From Bradymonadia bacterium (lineage in GTDB: Bacteria; Myxococcota_A; Bradymonadia; UBA7976; UBA1532), in the NCBI GenBank assembly GCA_046290225.1, contig JBKAGE010000038.1, positions 32,001 to 96,000 of the forward strand: DNA of 64,000 nucleotides, given 5' to 3'. The translations under genes and the position numbers were made by a program. Positions within the stretch are counted from its first letter, which is position 1; every line of letters begins with the position of its first letter. Below, piece by piece: positions 49,116 to 59,243 of the stretch. The notes beneath the pieces were generated by a model. That model searched no databases. It was given only the letters and a program-made list of their open reading frames with translations, and was not told where the DNA came from.

Positions 49116-50237
49116 ATGGAAAGCGCTTTGTTGAACACCAGAGCCCGACTCGAGCAGATGTGCCGCCCCGCAGGTGGCGGGATTCACGTGGTCTCCACCG
49201 GGGTGACCGAGCAGCGGGCCCTGCAGAAGGCCCTCTATCACGTCGACACCGATGACGCTGTAGAAAGCGGCTGGCGTGCGGCTCTCGATGGGCTCGGCGA
49301 GGCCAGGGTGGTGGTGCTGGGGGTGCCCTCCGACAACGGCGCCGGCTTCACCCGGGGGGCCAACAAGGCCCCTGAGGAGATCCGCCGACACCTGCTCTCA
49401 CAGACCGGACACCCGTACCACCATGCAGGGGTCCTCGATGTGGGAGACGTACGGGTGGTGCCTCATCTCTTGAGCGAAGAGATGCTCCACGACACACAGA
49501 TCTCCGCCTGTCGCCTCGCCCTCTACGGCGAGAAAGACGCCCGGATGCCCGTAAGCCCACTCGATCTGTGCGCCAGCGCGCTGGACGCCCTCGCCGAGCT
49601 GGCCCCTCAGGCGGTGCCCGTGGTCATCGGCGGGGATCACAGCATCGGCTGGCCCGCCTTTCACCACGCGTGGCGCCGACACGAGCAGCAGGGCGGCCGG
49701 CGGCTGGCGCTGTTGCACTTCGACGCCCACACCGACTTGATGCCCCACCGCCTCGGTGTGAAGTACTGCTTCGCCACCTGGGCATGGCACGCCAATGAGC
49801 TGCTGGGCCGCGATACCCGGCTGGTCCAGCTCGGCATCAGGGCCAGCGGCAAGAGCAAGCACCACTGGGAGTCCACTCTGGGCGTCTGGCAGCTGTGGGC
49901 CGATGAGTGCAACGCCACAGATCCCGAAGTGCTCGGCAAACAGATCGCCGAGCACTATGCCCAGCTGGGCTGCGACGGGCTGTACGTGAGCAACGACATC
50001 GACGGCACTGATCCTCAGTGGGCTTCCGCCACAGGCACCCCGGAGCCCGGCGGTTTGAGGCCTGAGTGGGTCTCCGCCCTCACTCGACGCGTGGCGCAAG
50101 ACCTGCCCCTTGTGGGGGGTGATCTCGTAGAGGTGGCGCCCCCCCTCGCCCACGAGCGCCCTGAAGAGCCCGAGATCACCTTGCAGACCGCAGGGCAGTA
50201 CCTCGGCGATCTGATCGATCTGGCCCTACGCAAGTGA
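49116..50237 (+). CDS. Arginase/agmatinase (ureohydrolase) family protein
   Basis: GGDHS, HFDAHTD, DIDGTDP, TGTPEPGG, DLVEVAP. Confidence 0.9.
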   Translation: MESALLNTRARLEQMCRPAGGGIHVVSTGVTEQRALQKALYHVDTDDAVESGWRAALDGLGEARVVVLGVPSDNGAGFTRGANKAPEEIRRHLLSQTGHPYHHAGVLDVGDVRVVPHLLSEEMLHDTQISACRLALYGEKDARMPVSPLDLCASALDALAELAPQAVPVVIGGDHSIGWPAFHHAWRRHEQQGGRRLALLHFDAHTDLMPHRLGVKYCFATWAWHANELLGRDTRLVQLGIRASGKSKHHWESTLGVWQLWADECNATDPEVLGKQIAEHYAQLGCDGLYVSNDIDGTDPQWASATGTPEPGGLRPEWVSALTRRVAQDLPLVGGDLVEVAPPLAHERPEEPEITLQTAGQYLGDLIDLALRK

Positions 50238-50332
50238 CTTAAAGCTCACGGCCAACTTGAGACGACCCGAGGCGCTCAATATCCTGTGGGCGTTCTCAGC
50301 CCACGCTGCCCTACATTCCACGAGGATCACCC

Positions 50333-52264
50333 ATGACACGAGTGTCGACCCCGCTCTACCTGGTCGCCGCGCTGACCGCTTTCTCTGCATGCGACGACGG
50401 CGCCACGACAGATCTGGAGAGTCAGACCCCGGAGAACGAGCAGCAAGGTGAGGCCCCCGATGCCGAGGTGGCCCCGCCGCCCACGTGGTGCGAGGGCTCG
50501 GTGAAGTTCGAGTACGACCCCTTCGCCGCCAACCACGCCCAGGCGGCCTTCCCCGATGACGCCTACACCATCGAAGGTGAGACGACCACCGGCCGGGTCG
50601 TGAGCATCGAGGACGACAACGCACCGTGGCTCGCCGACATTCCGGGGAACTACAACGAGGTCTACCGGGAGCTCAACGGCCTGGACGGCTTCGGCACATC
50701 GGCGGCGCCCTTCATCCGGTTGTCCGGCGGCGTGGTGAACGTCGCCAGTGGCGACGAGATCGAGGGCCTGATGTTGCTCGATCTCGGCGGCCCCACCGCC
50801 GTCGAGGTGCCCTACAGCCTCGAGGTGGCCGACGACGGGGCCAGCCTGCTGCTCTGGCCCAAGGTTTCGATGCGTCAGAGCACGCTCCACGCTGTGGTGA
50901 TGACCAACGCCGTCACCGACGCCGACGGTGGTTGCGTCGCCCCCTCAGTGCAGCTGCGCGATCTGCTCACCGGCAGCGCAGAGGGCAAGCTCGACGCCCT
51001 CGGCGCCAATTATGCCGCCCTCATGGAGAAGTCTGCGCTCCAGCCCGGTGAGGTCAGCGCCGCAGTCACCTTCACCACTCAAACGATCACTGCAGTCTCG
51101 GAAGCCATCGCCGCAGACATCAAAGGCCGTGACGCTGGCTGGTCTGGCCCCGCTCAGTGCCGCCGAGACGGTCAGAACACCCGCTGCGATCGCACCTTCA
51201 AGGCCTGGGACTACCGCGGTGAGGACGGCCTCATCGAGAAGCCCGAGGGCCAGACTGAGTACGACTTGATCGCCGCCACCTGGCTTCCCCGTCAGGGCAG
51301 CGGCCCCTGGCCTGTGCTCATCATGGGCCACGGTCTGGGCTCGAGCCGGGATCAGGCGGCCATCCTCGGGGCCTTCGCCGACGACTATCAGGTGGCCGTG
51401 GTGGCCATCGACGCCGTGGAGCATGGTGCTCACCCCGCCCGCAAGAGCAACGATCCCACCATCTCGCTCACCAATTTCTTCGGCATCTACCTCAGCCGTC
51501 AGGTGATCCGCGCTCGTCAGCTGCGGGACAACTTCCGTCAGTCCTCTTTCGACAAGCTGCAACTCATCGAGACCCTCATCTCCGATCCAGACGTCGACGA
51601 CGACGGCGAGATCGATCTCGACGTGAGCCGCATCGGCTACTTCGGCGTGAGCCTCGGCGGGATCCTCGGCAACGAGCCCCTCGCCCTGAGCGACGACTTC
51701 GAGGTGGCCATCTTGTCCATGGCCGGCGGCCGCATGGTGGCTTCGATCCGCGACAGCGCCACCTTTGGCCCCCTGATCTCGCTGATGATCCCGCGCCAGG
51801 CCACCGCAGGTGACGAAGCCCGACTATTCCCTGTCATTCAGGCTGTGACCGATGCAGGCGACGGAGCCAACTACGCCCCCTACCTGTTACGTGATCGCCT
51901 GCAGGGCGACGACGCGCGTATCCCCCACACCCTGTTCATGGTGGCCGTGGGCGACCAGGTGGTGCCCAACAGCGCCAGCCACATCCTCGCCCAGGCCATG
52001 GGGATCCCCCACATGACCCCGGTGAAGGTGGCCTTGCCTCTGCTCGAGGTGATCGACGCCGACAAGATCTCCGCCAATATGCCCGGCGAGATCACCGCAG
52101 GACTGTTTCAGTTTGACAAGATCACCCCTGCTGGCAGAAACAGCCTGGAGATCGTCGAGCACGAGACCTTGCCCACGAGCGACGAGGCCCTCGAGCAGCT
52201 CGGCCACTTTGTGCGCACCTGGGTGAATGATGGACAGCCTGAGATCATCAACCCCTGGCGCTGA
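50333..52264 (+). CDS. Lipase-like alpha/beta-hydrolase lipoprotein with N-terminal Ig-like region
   Basis: Lipobox FSAC; LDGFGT; HGLG, AIDAVEHG, nucleophile GVSLGG, GDQVVPN, and a late His. Confidence 0.8.
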   Translation: MTRVSTPLYLVAALTAFSACDDGATTDLESQTPENEQQGEAPDAEVAPPPTWCEGSVKFEYDPFAANHAQAAFPDDAYTIEGETTTGRVVSIEDDNAPWLADIPGNYNEVYRELNGLDGFGTSAAPFIRLSGGVVNVASGDEIEGLMLLDLGGPTAVEVPYSLEVADDGASLLLWPKVSMRQSTLHAVVMTNAVTDADGGCVAPSVQLRDLLTGSAEGKLDALGANYAALMEKSALQPGEVSAAVTFTTQTITAVSEAIAADIKGRDAGWSGPAQCRRDGQNTRCDRTFKAWDYRGEDGLIEKPEGQTEYDLIAATWLPRQGSGPWPVLIMGHGLGSSRDQAAILGAFADDYQVAVVAIDAVEHGAHPARKSNDPTISLTNFFGIYLSRQVIRARQLRDNFRQSSFDKLQLIETLISDPDVDDDGEIDLDVSRIGYFGVSLGGILGNEPLALSDDFEVAILSMAGGRMVASIRDSATFGPLISLMIPRQATAGDEARLFPVIQAVTDAGDGANYAPYLLRDRLQGDDARIPHTLFMVAVGDQVVPNSASHILAQAMGIPHMTPVKVALPLLEVIDADKISANMPGEITAGLFQFDKITPAGRNSLEIVEHETLPTSDEALEQLGHFVRTWVNDGQPEIINPWR

Positions 52265-52288
52265 ACCAGAGGTGATCTCACCAAAGGC

Positions 52289-52954
52289 ATGACCATGGGC
52301 TCTCCGATCTCCACCGCCCTGCTCCTGAGCGCCGCGATGCTCTGGAGCGGCGCCGCGCTCTCAGCCCCCAAGAAGGGCACCCCCACCCCGAGTACACAGC
52401 AGTCTGCCGAAACACAGGCGGTGCTGCAGGGCATCGCCGACGTGGTGAACCAGGCCACGCAAGTCGATGGTGATCGGCGCTGCAAGAGCACGACGATGTC
52501 CGCGGCCTGCGAGTTCGTCTACAACACCCAGTGTCAGATCGTACGCCCCGACGTGCCCAAAGGCGCGGGCTACATGTACGAAGTGATCCTGCCTCTGGGG
52601 AAGCTGAAGCTCTCTGGCATGAAGTACGGCAAGCATGTCGGCGGCTGGCCCGAGCACCACGGTCTGCGGTTGCCCACGGAGAGCGAGGACATCACGGTCG
52701 TCATCGAAGGCAACCCCCCTCAGCGGAACAAGCTGGTGCAGCTGGCCCTGGGCACGGATCAGGCGAGCCGCGCCGGGGCCCTCAAGATGCTGGCCCTGCT
52801 CAAGAAAGCCCGCGTGGCCTGCGGTGGCCCGGTCATCGAGGCGAAGAAGACGCCGGCACAACCCCTCGGCGCCGGCATCCTGGCGCCTCAGGTCAGGCCC
52901 GCCCCCCTCAAAGGCTCGCCCGTCAAGGGCCCAGCCCCTTCAAAACAGAAGTAA
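52289..52954 (+). CDS. Exported hypothetical protein
   Basis: Signal peptide, 4 Cys, coding-like bias. Confidence 0.7.
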   Translation: MTMGSPISTALLLSAAMLWSGAALSAPKKGTPTPSTQQSAETQAVLQGIADVVNQATQVDGDRRCKSTTMSAACEFVYNTQCQIVRPDVPKGAGYMYEVILPLGKLKLSGMKYGKHVGGWPEHHGLRLPTESEDITVVIEGNPPQRNKLVQLALGTDQASRAGALKMLALLKKARVACGGPVIEAKKTPAQPLGAGILAPQVRPAPLKGSPVKGPAPSKQK

Positions 52955-55073
52955 ATCGCCCATCTCTCGGGAAGCGCACACGGCCCTCGTGGGCCGCAGC
53001 GCGGGCCTGCTCAATCTGCCCTGACTTCTTGTGGGCCAGCGCTGAGAGCAGGTACACCTCCGGCCGCGCCGCCCCGCCCATGGCCTGATAGCGCGCCACA
53101 CTCGTCAGTGCAGCTTTGGGCGAAGCGTCGATCTCCAACTGAGCCTTGAGCAACCACAGTGGGGCGAAGTCTTTCGTCTGCTCAAGAGCAAGACTCACTG
53201 TTGCACTTGCCGCCTCACGATCTCCGTTGAACAGCTGCTGAGCGGCGAGGTTGTACCGCAGGCCGCCGTTGCTGGGGTCAAGGGTCAGGGCCCGTTTCAG
53301 CCATTCGAACGCCGCACCCTTGTCACCCAGAGCCATGAGATTGACCCCCCGGTTGCTGGCGATCACCCCATCTGCCGGGCGCAGAGTCAGAGCCTTGGCA
53401 TATGCCTGCTCTGCCTCCGCATGGCGACCCGTGCGCTGCAACAGGTTGGCGAGGTTCGACCAGGCATGGGGTGCCGGCAGCGGTGCATCGATGAGCGCTC
53501 TGAGAGCCCGCTCCGCCCGCGGTAGATCGCCCTGGGCGATGAGGTGCTCGGCACGGCCCAACGCCCAGGTATGGGGTGCCGAGTCACCTGCGAGGCGCAA
53601 CGCCTCGTCCCAAGCCTGCAACGCACCCGCGCCATCTCCCACGCTCGCCCTCAAGGGCGCCACCACCGCCCGGAGCTCCGCCCGACGAGGCTGCTCAGAG
53701 AATGCTTTGGGCGCCAGCGCCAGAGCGGCATCACGGTGCTCGGCAGAGGCGTTGGCGCGCCACAACTCGACGTGAGCCAAGAGCCGGCTCGCCGCAGAGG
53801 GGCCTGCGGCGGGACTCACCACCGCTCGCAGCCCTTCTCTTCGTGGTCGCGCTGGTGTCGATGCATCAGGGCGACGGCGAATGTAGTGATCGGTGAACTG
53901 CACGTGGGGGATGTCCACGGTGGGCCCCTTGGGCAGGTGACAGCCCGCGCAAGACCCCTCCGCAGCATGCTGCTCACCGCAGTCTTGCGGTGTGTGACAC
54001 CCAAGACAGGCTGCGCGTGCTGCCTTGGGTGAGGCCCTGCGGTGAGGATCGTGACAGGTCGTACACACCAACGGGCGCTCGCCCTGAGCGCATTTGCTCA
54101 TCGCCAGCCGCTCCCCGTGACCAGCGATGCCGAATTCTGCCCCCCCTGAGCGCGCCTCGTCGATGAAGAGGGTCATGTACTCGCCGAGTGGCGTGCGCGG
54201 ATCATAGACATCCCACCGGGCCCCAGCAGCGAGCACTCGGGCACTGCCCTGAAGGTGGCACTGCGCGCACAGCTGAAGCTGACGGTCGGGTGTCAGGTGT
54301 CGGGGGTTGAAGATGTTCGGATCTGGTTGACCGTCTGGGGGGCTCTCACCGGCGTTGCGTTGCCGTACGTGGGCGCTGCCATCCCCGTGGCAACGGCTGC
54401 AGCTGATGCCTTCTGCCAGTGGAGCGGTGTACCCCGCCAGGGTACGATCGTCGCTGGGGGTGAAGGCGTTGTGGCAGAAGAGACAGTCAGCCTTCACGGG
54501 TCGATCGAACCTGAAGTTCTTCTCTGCTCGATACCCAGGGCTCATATCCCATGTCTGGCTCCGCACGTACCACGTGAGGGGCAGCTGCACGACCTGACCG
54601 TTCATCTCACCGAGGTAGGATCGCGTGTGGTTGCCGGAGCCGATGACGTGGCGGACTTGCACCCGCTGGATCTCTTCGGCCTGCCCCGAGGGGCCAGGGC
54701 CATATTCTACTTGCCACCACCGGCCCTCTTCATCGATGAGGGCGCGGTAGCTCAGGCCACTCTGATGCCGGACAGTGGCAGCGCCAGGCTCGAAGTTCTC
54801 GATGGCCCTGACCATCTCTGGCCGGTACAGAGACCGCCCCATTCCGGTTTTAGCAAAAGACTCAAACAGTTCTGGGTGACACTCCTCACACACATCGTCT
54901 CTCACTGAGATCGATTCAGTGGGAGACGTCAGAGACTCTGGCAGGTGGGACGGTGCTGCATCAGGTGGCGCAGTCGAGGGTGCAGATACACTGGGCTGCT
55001 CTCGACACCCCCACAGGATGCAGGAGAGGATCAGCAGGCACTTGGAGGCCTTCTCAATCCCCCACGCAGTCAT
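52923..55073 (-). CDS. Multiheme cytochrome c (7 CXXCH) fused to TPR repeats, lipoprotein
   Basis: CEECH, CLFCH, CSRCH, CAQCH, CTTCH, CLGCH, CAGCH; FTDHYI; C-terminal TPRs; lipobox LWGC. Confidence 0.88.
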   Translation of the reverse strand: MTAWGIEKASKCLLILSCILWGCREQPSVSAPSTAPPDAAPSHLPESLTSPTESISVRDDVCEECHPELFESFAKTGMGRSLYRPEMVRAIENFEPGAATVRHQSGLSYRALIDEEGRWWQVEYGPGPSGQAEEIQRVQVRHVIGSGNHTRSYLGEMNGQVVQLPLTWYVRSQTWDMSPGYRAEKNFRFDRPVKADCLFCHNAFTPSDDRTLAGYTAPLAEGISCSRCHGDGSAHVRQRNAGESPPDGQPDPNIFNPRHLTPDRQLQLCAQCHLQGSARVLAAGARWDVYDPRTPLGEYMTLFIDEARSGGAEFGIAGHGERLAMSKCAQGERPLVCTTCHDPHRRASPKAARAACLGCHTPQDCGEQHAAEGSCAGCHLPKGPTVDIPHVQFTDHYIRRRPDASTPARPRREGLRAVVSPAAGPSAASRLLAHVELWRANASAEHRDAALALAPKAFSEQPRRAELRAVVAPLRASVGDGAGALQAWDEALRLAGDSAPHTWALGRAEHLIAQGDLPRAERALRALIDAPLPAPHAWSNLANLLQRTGRHAEAEQAYAKALTLRPADGVIASNRGVNLMALGDKGAAFEWLKRALTLDPSNGGLRYNLAAQQLFNGDREAASATVSLALEQTKDFAPLWLLKAQLEIDASPKAALTSVARYQAMGGAARPEVYLLSALAHKKSGQIEQARAAAHEGRVRFPRDGRFTSVLKGLGP

Positions 55074-56547
55074 AATGCGTGTGTACATCAAACCGTTGAG
55101 CTACCCGTGCTTGTTCAATGGTCGAGTTGCCAATGCGCCTCATCTCTCGCCCATACTCATCGTAAATGTAGTGCGTGTGGTTGTAGAAGGTCCCCGTCGA
55201 GTCGGTCCACCACCATTTCTCATTCAGCCGGCCGTCGGCGTCATAGATGAACTTCTGAGCGCGACTCAACTCGACGTCTCCAGGAAAGAGCCGCCATTGT
55301 TCAAGCAGACGCCATTCAGCGTCGTAGCGCCACCGTTGGCGCACGCGCATCGGGCGTTCCTCTGACTCGAAGTCCCGATATCCGACCTCCAGGGGGCGCC
55401 CCCCTTCAGTGTCGATGTAGTAGCTCTCTTTCTGGTGAATCAGCGCACCGTCGAGCCAGTGGTTGTCAGCGGTCCACTGAGCCGGCTCGCCTGATGGTGA
55501 AGGCGCGGTCCAGGTCTCTTCGAGACGTTCCCATTGCCCATCGTTGCCTTCATCGGTGACGACGCGCCAGCGGCCTTCGGGGGTGGTCCATTCCATCCGT
55601 ACATCCACCGCTCGGGTGACGAGATCGCGGGTGAAGTACACATGACCACCCGACATCACCTCTCGCCAGCGACGCTCTTCGAAGATACCGTCTCCATCAG
55701 CATCAACGCGGGCCTCCACCTCGCCCACCTCGTCGCTGAGCACCTCCGTGTACCGCTCCAGGACGTCGTTGAAGTACCACTGCTCGATCAACCACCCATC
55801 ACGTCGCGTATAGGTACGTCGCCGAGCCCACCCGGCCAGGTGATTGAAGACAACACGCTCGCTCAGCGCCCCTTCATCATCGTAGGTCCAGATCTTCTCG
55901 TCGGTGATCAGGTTGGGGTTCCGATGTTGCTCGTAGACGAGAAACCCCGCCTCATTGAACTCGAACACCTGCACCTCGACCATGAACCCGCCCTCTGGAT
56001 GCCCGGGATCTCTGAAGTGACGGCTGTATCGGACGAGCTTGTCCTCATCGTACGTCCACTCTTCGAACATGCCCTTGTCCCAGGCCTCTCCACGGGTGTG
56101 CTCTGCGAACAAGACGACTCGGCCCTGGGCATCGTAGCGCTCTGTGGATCGAGGCGCGCCGCTCGGATGACTCGACTTCACCTGCACCAGGGTGTCGCCC
56201 ACATAAGTCAAACTCCGTCGCTCCACGAGCGCGCCGCCGACCTCGTCGAACTCCACCTCTTCACAGGGATACATCGACACTGCATCTTCGGGGGTTGGCG
56301 CGATCTCGGGCTCGTCCTCGACCCTGGGCCCTGCCTCTCCAGACACTGGTGTCTCTTCAATGACGCCGTCGCCTGTCTCGGGGGCTGGGTCCATCTCGGG
56401 TACCCGCTCAGCGTCTGGCGATGGCGAGGTGGGTGTGTCGGAGGCCTCTGCTCCAGGGCGTTCAACTGTGTCTTCAGGGATGCTGGGGCGCTCGACGCAT
56501 CCAGCCAGCAGCATCATCACGCACATCAACTTCTGCACACGCATCAT
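55054..56547 (-). CDS. YD/RHS-like repeat lipoprotein
   Basis: Lipobox LAGC; repeated Y/F-D-x-x-G-R/x units (YDAQGR, YDDEGA, YDADGR, YDEYGR); DADGDG loop. Confidence 0.7.
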   Translation of the reverse strand: MMRVQKLMCVMMLLAGCVERPSIPEDTVERPGAEASDTPTSPSPDAERVPEMDPAPETGDGVIEETPVSGEAGPRVEDEPEIAPTPEDAVSMYPCEEVEFDEVGGALVERRSLTYVGDTLVQVKSSHPSGAPRSTERYDAQGRVVLFAEHTRGEAWDKGMFEEWTYDEDKLVRYSRHFRDPGHPEGGFMVEVQVFEFNEAGFLVYEQHRNPNLITDEKIWTYDDEGALSERVVFNHLAGWARRRTYTRRDGWLIEQWYFNDVLERYTEVLSDEVGEVEARVDADGDGIFEERRWREVMSGGHVYFTRDLVTRAVDVRMEWTTPEGRWRVVTDEGNDGQWERLEETWTAPSPSGEPAQWTADNHWLDGALIHQKESYYIDTEGGRPLEVGYRDFESEERPMRVRQRWRYDAEWRLLEQWRLFPGDVELSRAQKFIYDADGRLNEKWWWTDSTGTFYNHTHYIYDEYGREMRRIGNSTIEQARVAQRFDVHTHYDCVGD

Positions 56548-56595
56548 TTGGCCTCCTGGGTGTTTTGATGCGCTCACCCTCCCCCCCACGATGTC

Positions 56596-56621
56596 TGTAA
56601 GGCGACTTAGCTTGACTTACA
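56596..56621. promoter_or_regulatory. Inverted repeat TGTAAG-N14-CTTACA in a divergent intergenic region
   Basis: Read directly from the sequence. It lies between the divergent starts at 56547 and 56676. Confidence 0.45.
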
Positions 56622-56675
56622 TTCTGGGTTTAAGACTCTCTGTTCCTCGACGCCCCGTCTGAGGATCTCGCCCCC

Positions 56676-59150
56676 ATGCCCCGCCTCACAGGCCGCGAAG
56701 CTGATCTCGAACGCCTGCTCGCTCACCTTCAGCCTGCGGGCACGTGGCTCACCCTCATGGGCCCGCCCGGAGTGGGCAAGACCACCCTCGCTCAGGCTCT
56801 GGGAGAGCGCCGGCCCCACCATTGGCTCGACGGGAGACGATGCGAAGATCTGGCCCAGCTCTGCAAACAGATGACGGCAGCGCTCGGCACGTTGGGGCAC
56901 GAGGAGCACCCCCTGCTCATCGTGGACGACGTCACCCATCTCGCCTCTGAGATGCACACCGCACCGGGCCCACTGGGATCTCTCGTCGCCCATGGCCGAG
57001 TGCTGGTCACCAGCGAGATCCGGCTGCAGCTCCCCGGGGAGCACATCTACGAGCTCTCTCCTCTGAGCATCGCGGGTGACGATCCTTCAGGGCGCGCCCT
57101 CTTCGTCACCTGTGCAGCGCACTGCCTCGGGCAGTTCTCACCTGACGCAGGGCAAGTCGAGCACATCGATGCCATTGTCAGCCATCTCGATGGCCTGCCC
57201 CTGGCCATCGAGCGTGGGGCTGCCCGTATGCGGCTCATGGCTCCACAGGCCCTGAGCGCCATCGTCGACCCCCACAGGCATGGCGGGCGCAAGGGGCTGA
57301 TCGATGATGTCCTTCTCGAGCTTTGGGGGCACCTCACCGAGGCCGATCATGCCCACCTCACAGCCCTCTCGGCCTTCGACGGGTCGTTCCACGCCGAGGC
57401 GGGCGCTGCACTCCTCGAAGCCCTCGGCTGCGCTGACGGCTACGACGCGCTGCAACGGCTGCGGGACCACTCCATGCTCGACCTCCAGCATCAGGCAGCA
57501 CAGGCGACTCTGGTGATGTTGCACGTGATCCGGGGCTTCGTCCGACGAACGGGCCCTCGCGAGATGTTGCAGCGAGCCCGTACAGCCCGGGCCCGTACGA
57601 TCATCGGGGCGTCTTCTGCGACACCTGATCTGCAGCGGGCGGTGCAGTGGGCCATCGATGCCGGCAATCTGATCCTCGCCGCTCAGGGCCTTCTCGCCTT
57701 GGAGTCCGAGATCGTTGCTCGGGGCATCTCCACGCTGGAGCTCGAACACATGGCGCAGTGCGTTGATGCGGGCGCGCTGCCTCCGGAGCTCGAAGCCGGA
57801 CTGCTCCGAGCTCGAGGCAACGCTTTACGGTGCCGAGGTGATCTCGAAGCAGCCGTAGAGTCGCTGACACGGGCTGTTGAGACGGCGCCCGAAGCGAGCA
57901 CGGTGATGGCCCGGGCCCGGCTCGAGCTGGGCATCGCCTTACACGAGTCAGGCGATCTCGAGGGGGCTGCCCAATGTTATGACGAGGCCCGCCAGCGCTT
58001 CGAGCGGTTCAATGAGCTGCAGGCAGTGGGGCAGGTCCTCGGCTCCATCGCCGTGCTGGCCCACGAGCGCGGGGAGATCGAAGAAGCCGAAGAGGCCTAC
58101 GAGCGCGCTTTGGCGCTGTTTCGCCGTGCCCGTGATCCACGCTCCGAGGCGGCCTTCTTGATCAACCTCGGCGACCTGCACAAAGAACTGGGTCGCTCTG
58201 CGGCGGCGCGCCGCCACTTCGAGGATGCACAGGTCATCGCCCATCGACACGGCGAGGCCCGCATCGCCGCTGTAGCACTGGGCAACCTCGGCGGGGTCTC
58301 TCAAGAGCTGGGGCTCTTCGACGAGGCCCTCGCCGCCCGGGAGGCGGCTGCCCGGGCTCTTGAGGCCGTGGGTGACGAGCGCCTGGCCACCATTTTCCAG
58401 GGATATGCCGGCGCAGTGCACCACCAGCGGGGCGCCCTCACCGAAGCCATGGCCACCTATCACCACGTGATGCCCACACTGCAGAAGGCAGGGGATCAAC
58501 GCTTTGGTGCCATCTTCTCGATGTACCTGGGCGCCGCCGCTGCGGCCCGGGGCGACGTCAAGGGGGCCCGCGAGGCCTTCCGCAGCGCCGCCGACGCCCT
58601 TTCCGTGCTGGAAGATCCCACGCTGCATCACGCTCTGCGCCTGCATCGTCTCCACCTGGGCGCCCTGGAGACCCCAAAGGGCCGTGAAGAAGCCCGTCGC
58701 TGGCTGAGCGCTCACCCCTTCGACGGGCACTCTGACGAGATCAGGTTCGCCCTGACGTTGCTTCAGTTGAGGCTCACCGAGGCTCAGAGCGCCCCCCAGA
58801 CTCTGGAGGCACCCGCCCTGATCATCCACCGCGGCGGCAACTGGCTTCAGAAGCCAGATGGCGAGGTTGTGGATCTCAGGCGCCGCAAGGCCATGCGCCT
58901 GATGCTCGCAGCCCTCGTAGATCAGAGCGCCCGCGATCGAGAGGCGGGCCTCGACGTCTATGATCTGTTCGAGGCCGGCTGGCCCGGCGAGAAGGCGACC
59001 CCCGAGGCCGCCACGAACCGCGTCTATGTGAACATCACCGCGTTGCGCAAATTGGGCCTGAGAGGTGTGCTGGTCCACCACGACAATGGATACTTGCTCG
59101 ACCCCACGCTCTCCATCGCGTGGTCCGAGGCTGCGACCCCCCCTGGCTGA
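56676..59150 (+). CDS. STAND-type ATPase + TPR + C-terminal winged-helix regulator
   Basis: GPPGVGKT, LLIVDD, VTSE.RL..PGE, LDGLPLAIE, a TPR array, and C-terminal WPGE...NRVYVNITALRKLGL. Confidence 0.85.
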   Translation: MPRLTGREADLERLLAHLQPAGTWLTLMGPPGVGKTTLAQALGERRPHHWLDGRRCEDLAQLCKQMTAALGTLGHEEHPLLIVDDVTHLASEMHTAPGPLGSLVAHGRVLVTSEIRLQLPGEHIYELSPLSIAGDDPSGRALFVTCAAHCLGQFSPDAGQVEHIDAIVSHLDGLPLAIERGAARMRLMAPQALSAIVDPHRHGGRKGLIDDVLLELWGHLTEADHAHLTALSAFDGSFHAEAGAALLEALGCADGYDALQRLRDHSMLDLQHQAAQATLVMLHVIRGFVRRTGPREMLQRARTARARTIIGASSATPDLQRAVQWAIDAGNLILAAQGLLALESEIVARGISTLELEHMAQCVDAGALPPELEAGLLRARGNALRCRGDLEAAVESLTRAVETAPEASTVMARARLELGIALHESGDLEGAAQCYDEARQRFERFNELQAVGQVLGSIAVLAHERGEIEEAEEAYERALALFRRARDPRSEAAFLINLGDLHKELGRSAAARRHFEDAQVIAHRHGEARIAAVALGNLGGVSQELGLFDEALAAREAAARALEAVGDERLATIFQGYAGAVHHQRGALTEAMATYHHVMPTLQKAGDQRFGAIFSMYLGAAAAARGDVKGAREAFRSAADALSVLEDPTLHHALRLHRLHLGALETPKGREEARRWLSAHPFDGHSDEIRFALTLLQLRLTEAQSAPQTLEAPALIIHRGGNWLQKPDGEVVDLRRRKAMRLMLAALVDQSARDREAGLDVYDLFEAGWPGEKATPEAATNRVYVNITALRKLGLRGVLVHHDNGYLLDPTLSIAWSEAATPPG

Positions 59151-59243
59151 GCGGGCTGTGCGCCCTTTCTTAAGGGCCTTTAAGGTGTCTCCCTTCGGGA
59201 GGCTCCGCTACCGTGAGCCCCTCTCAAGTTCGCTGGAGCCCTC

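Noticed and set aside
56676..59150. Avs/NLR-type anti-phage system
   Set aside because: There is no N-terminal nuclease, TIR or SIR2 effector and no defence-island context. The C-terminal winged helix points to a transcription regulator.
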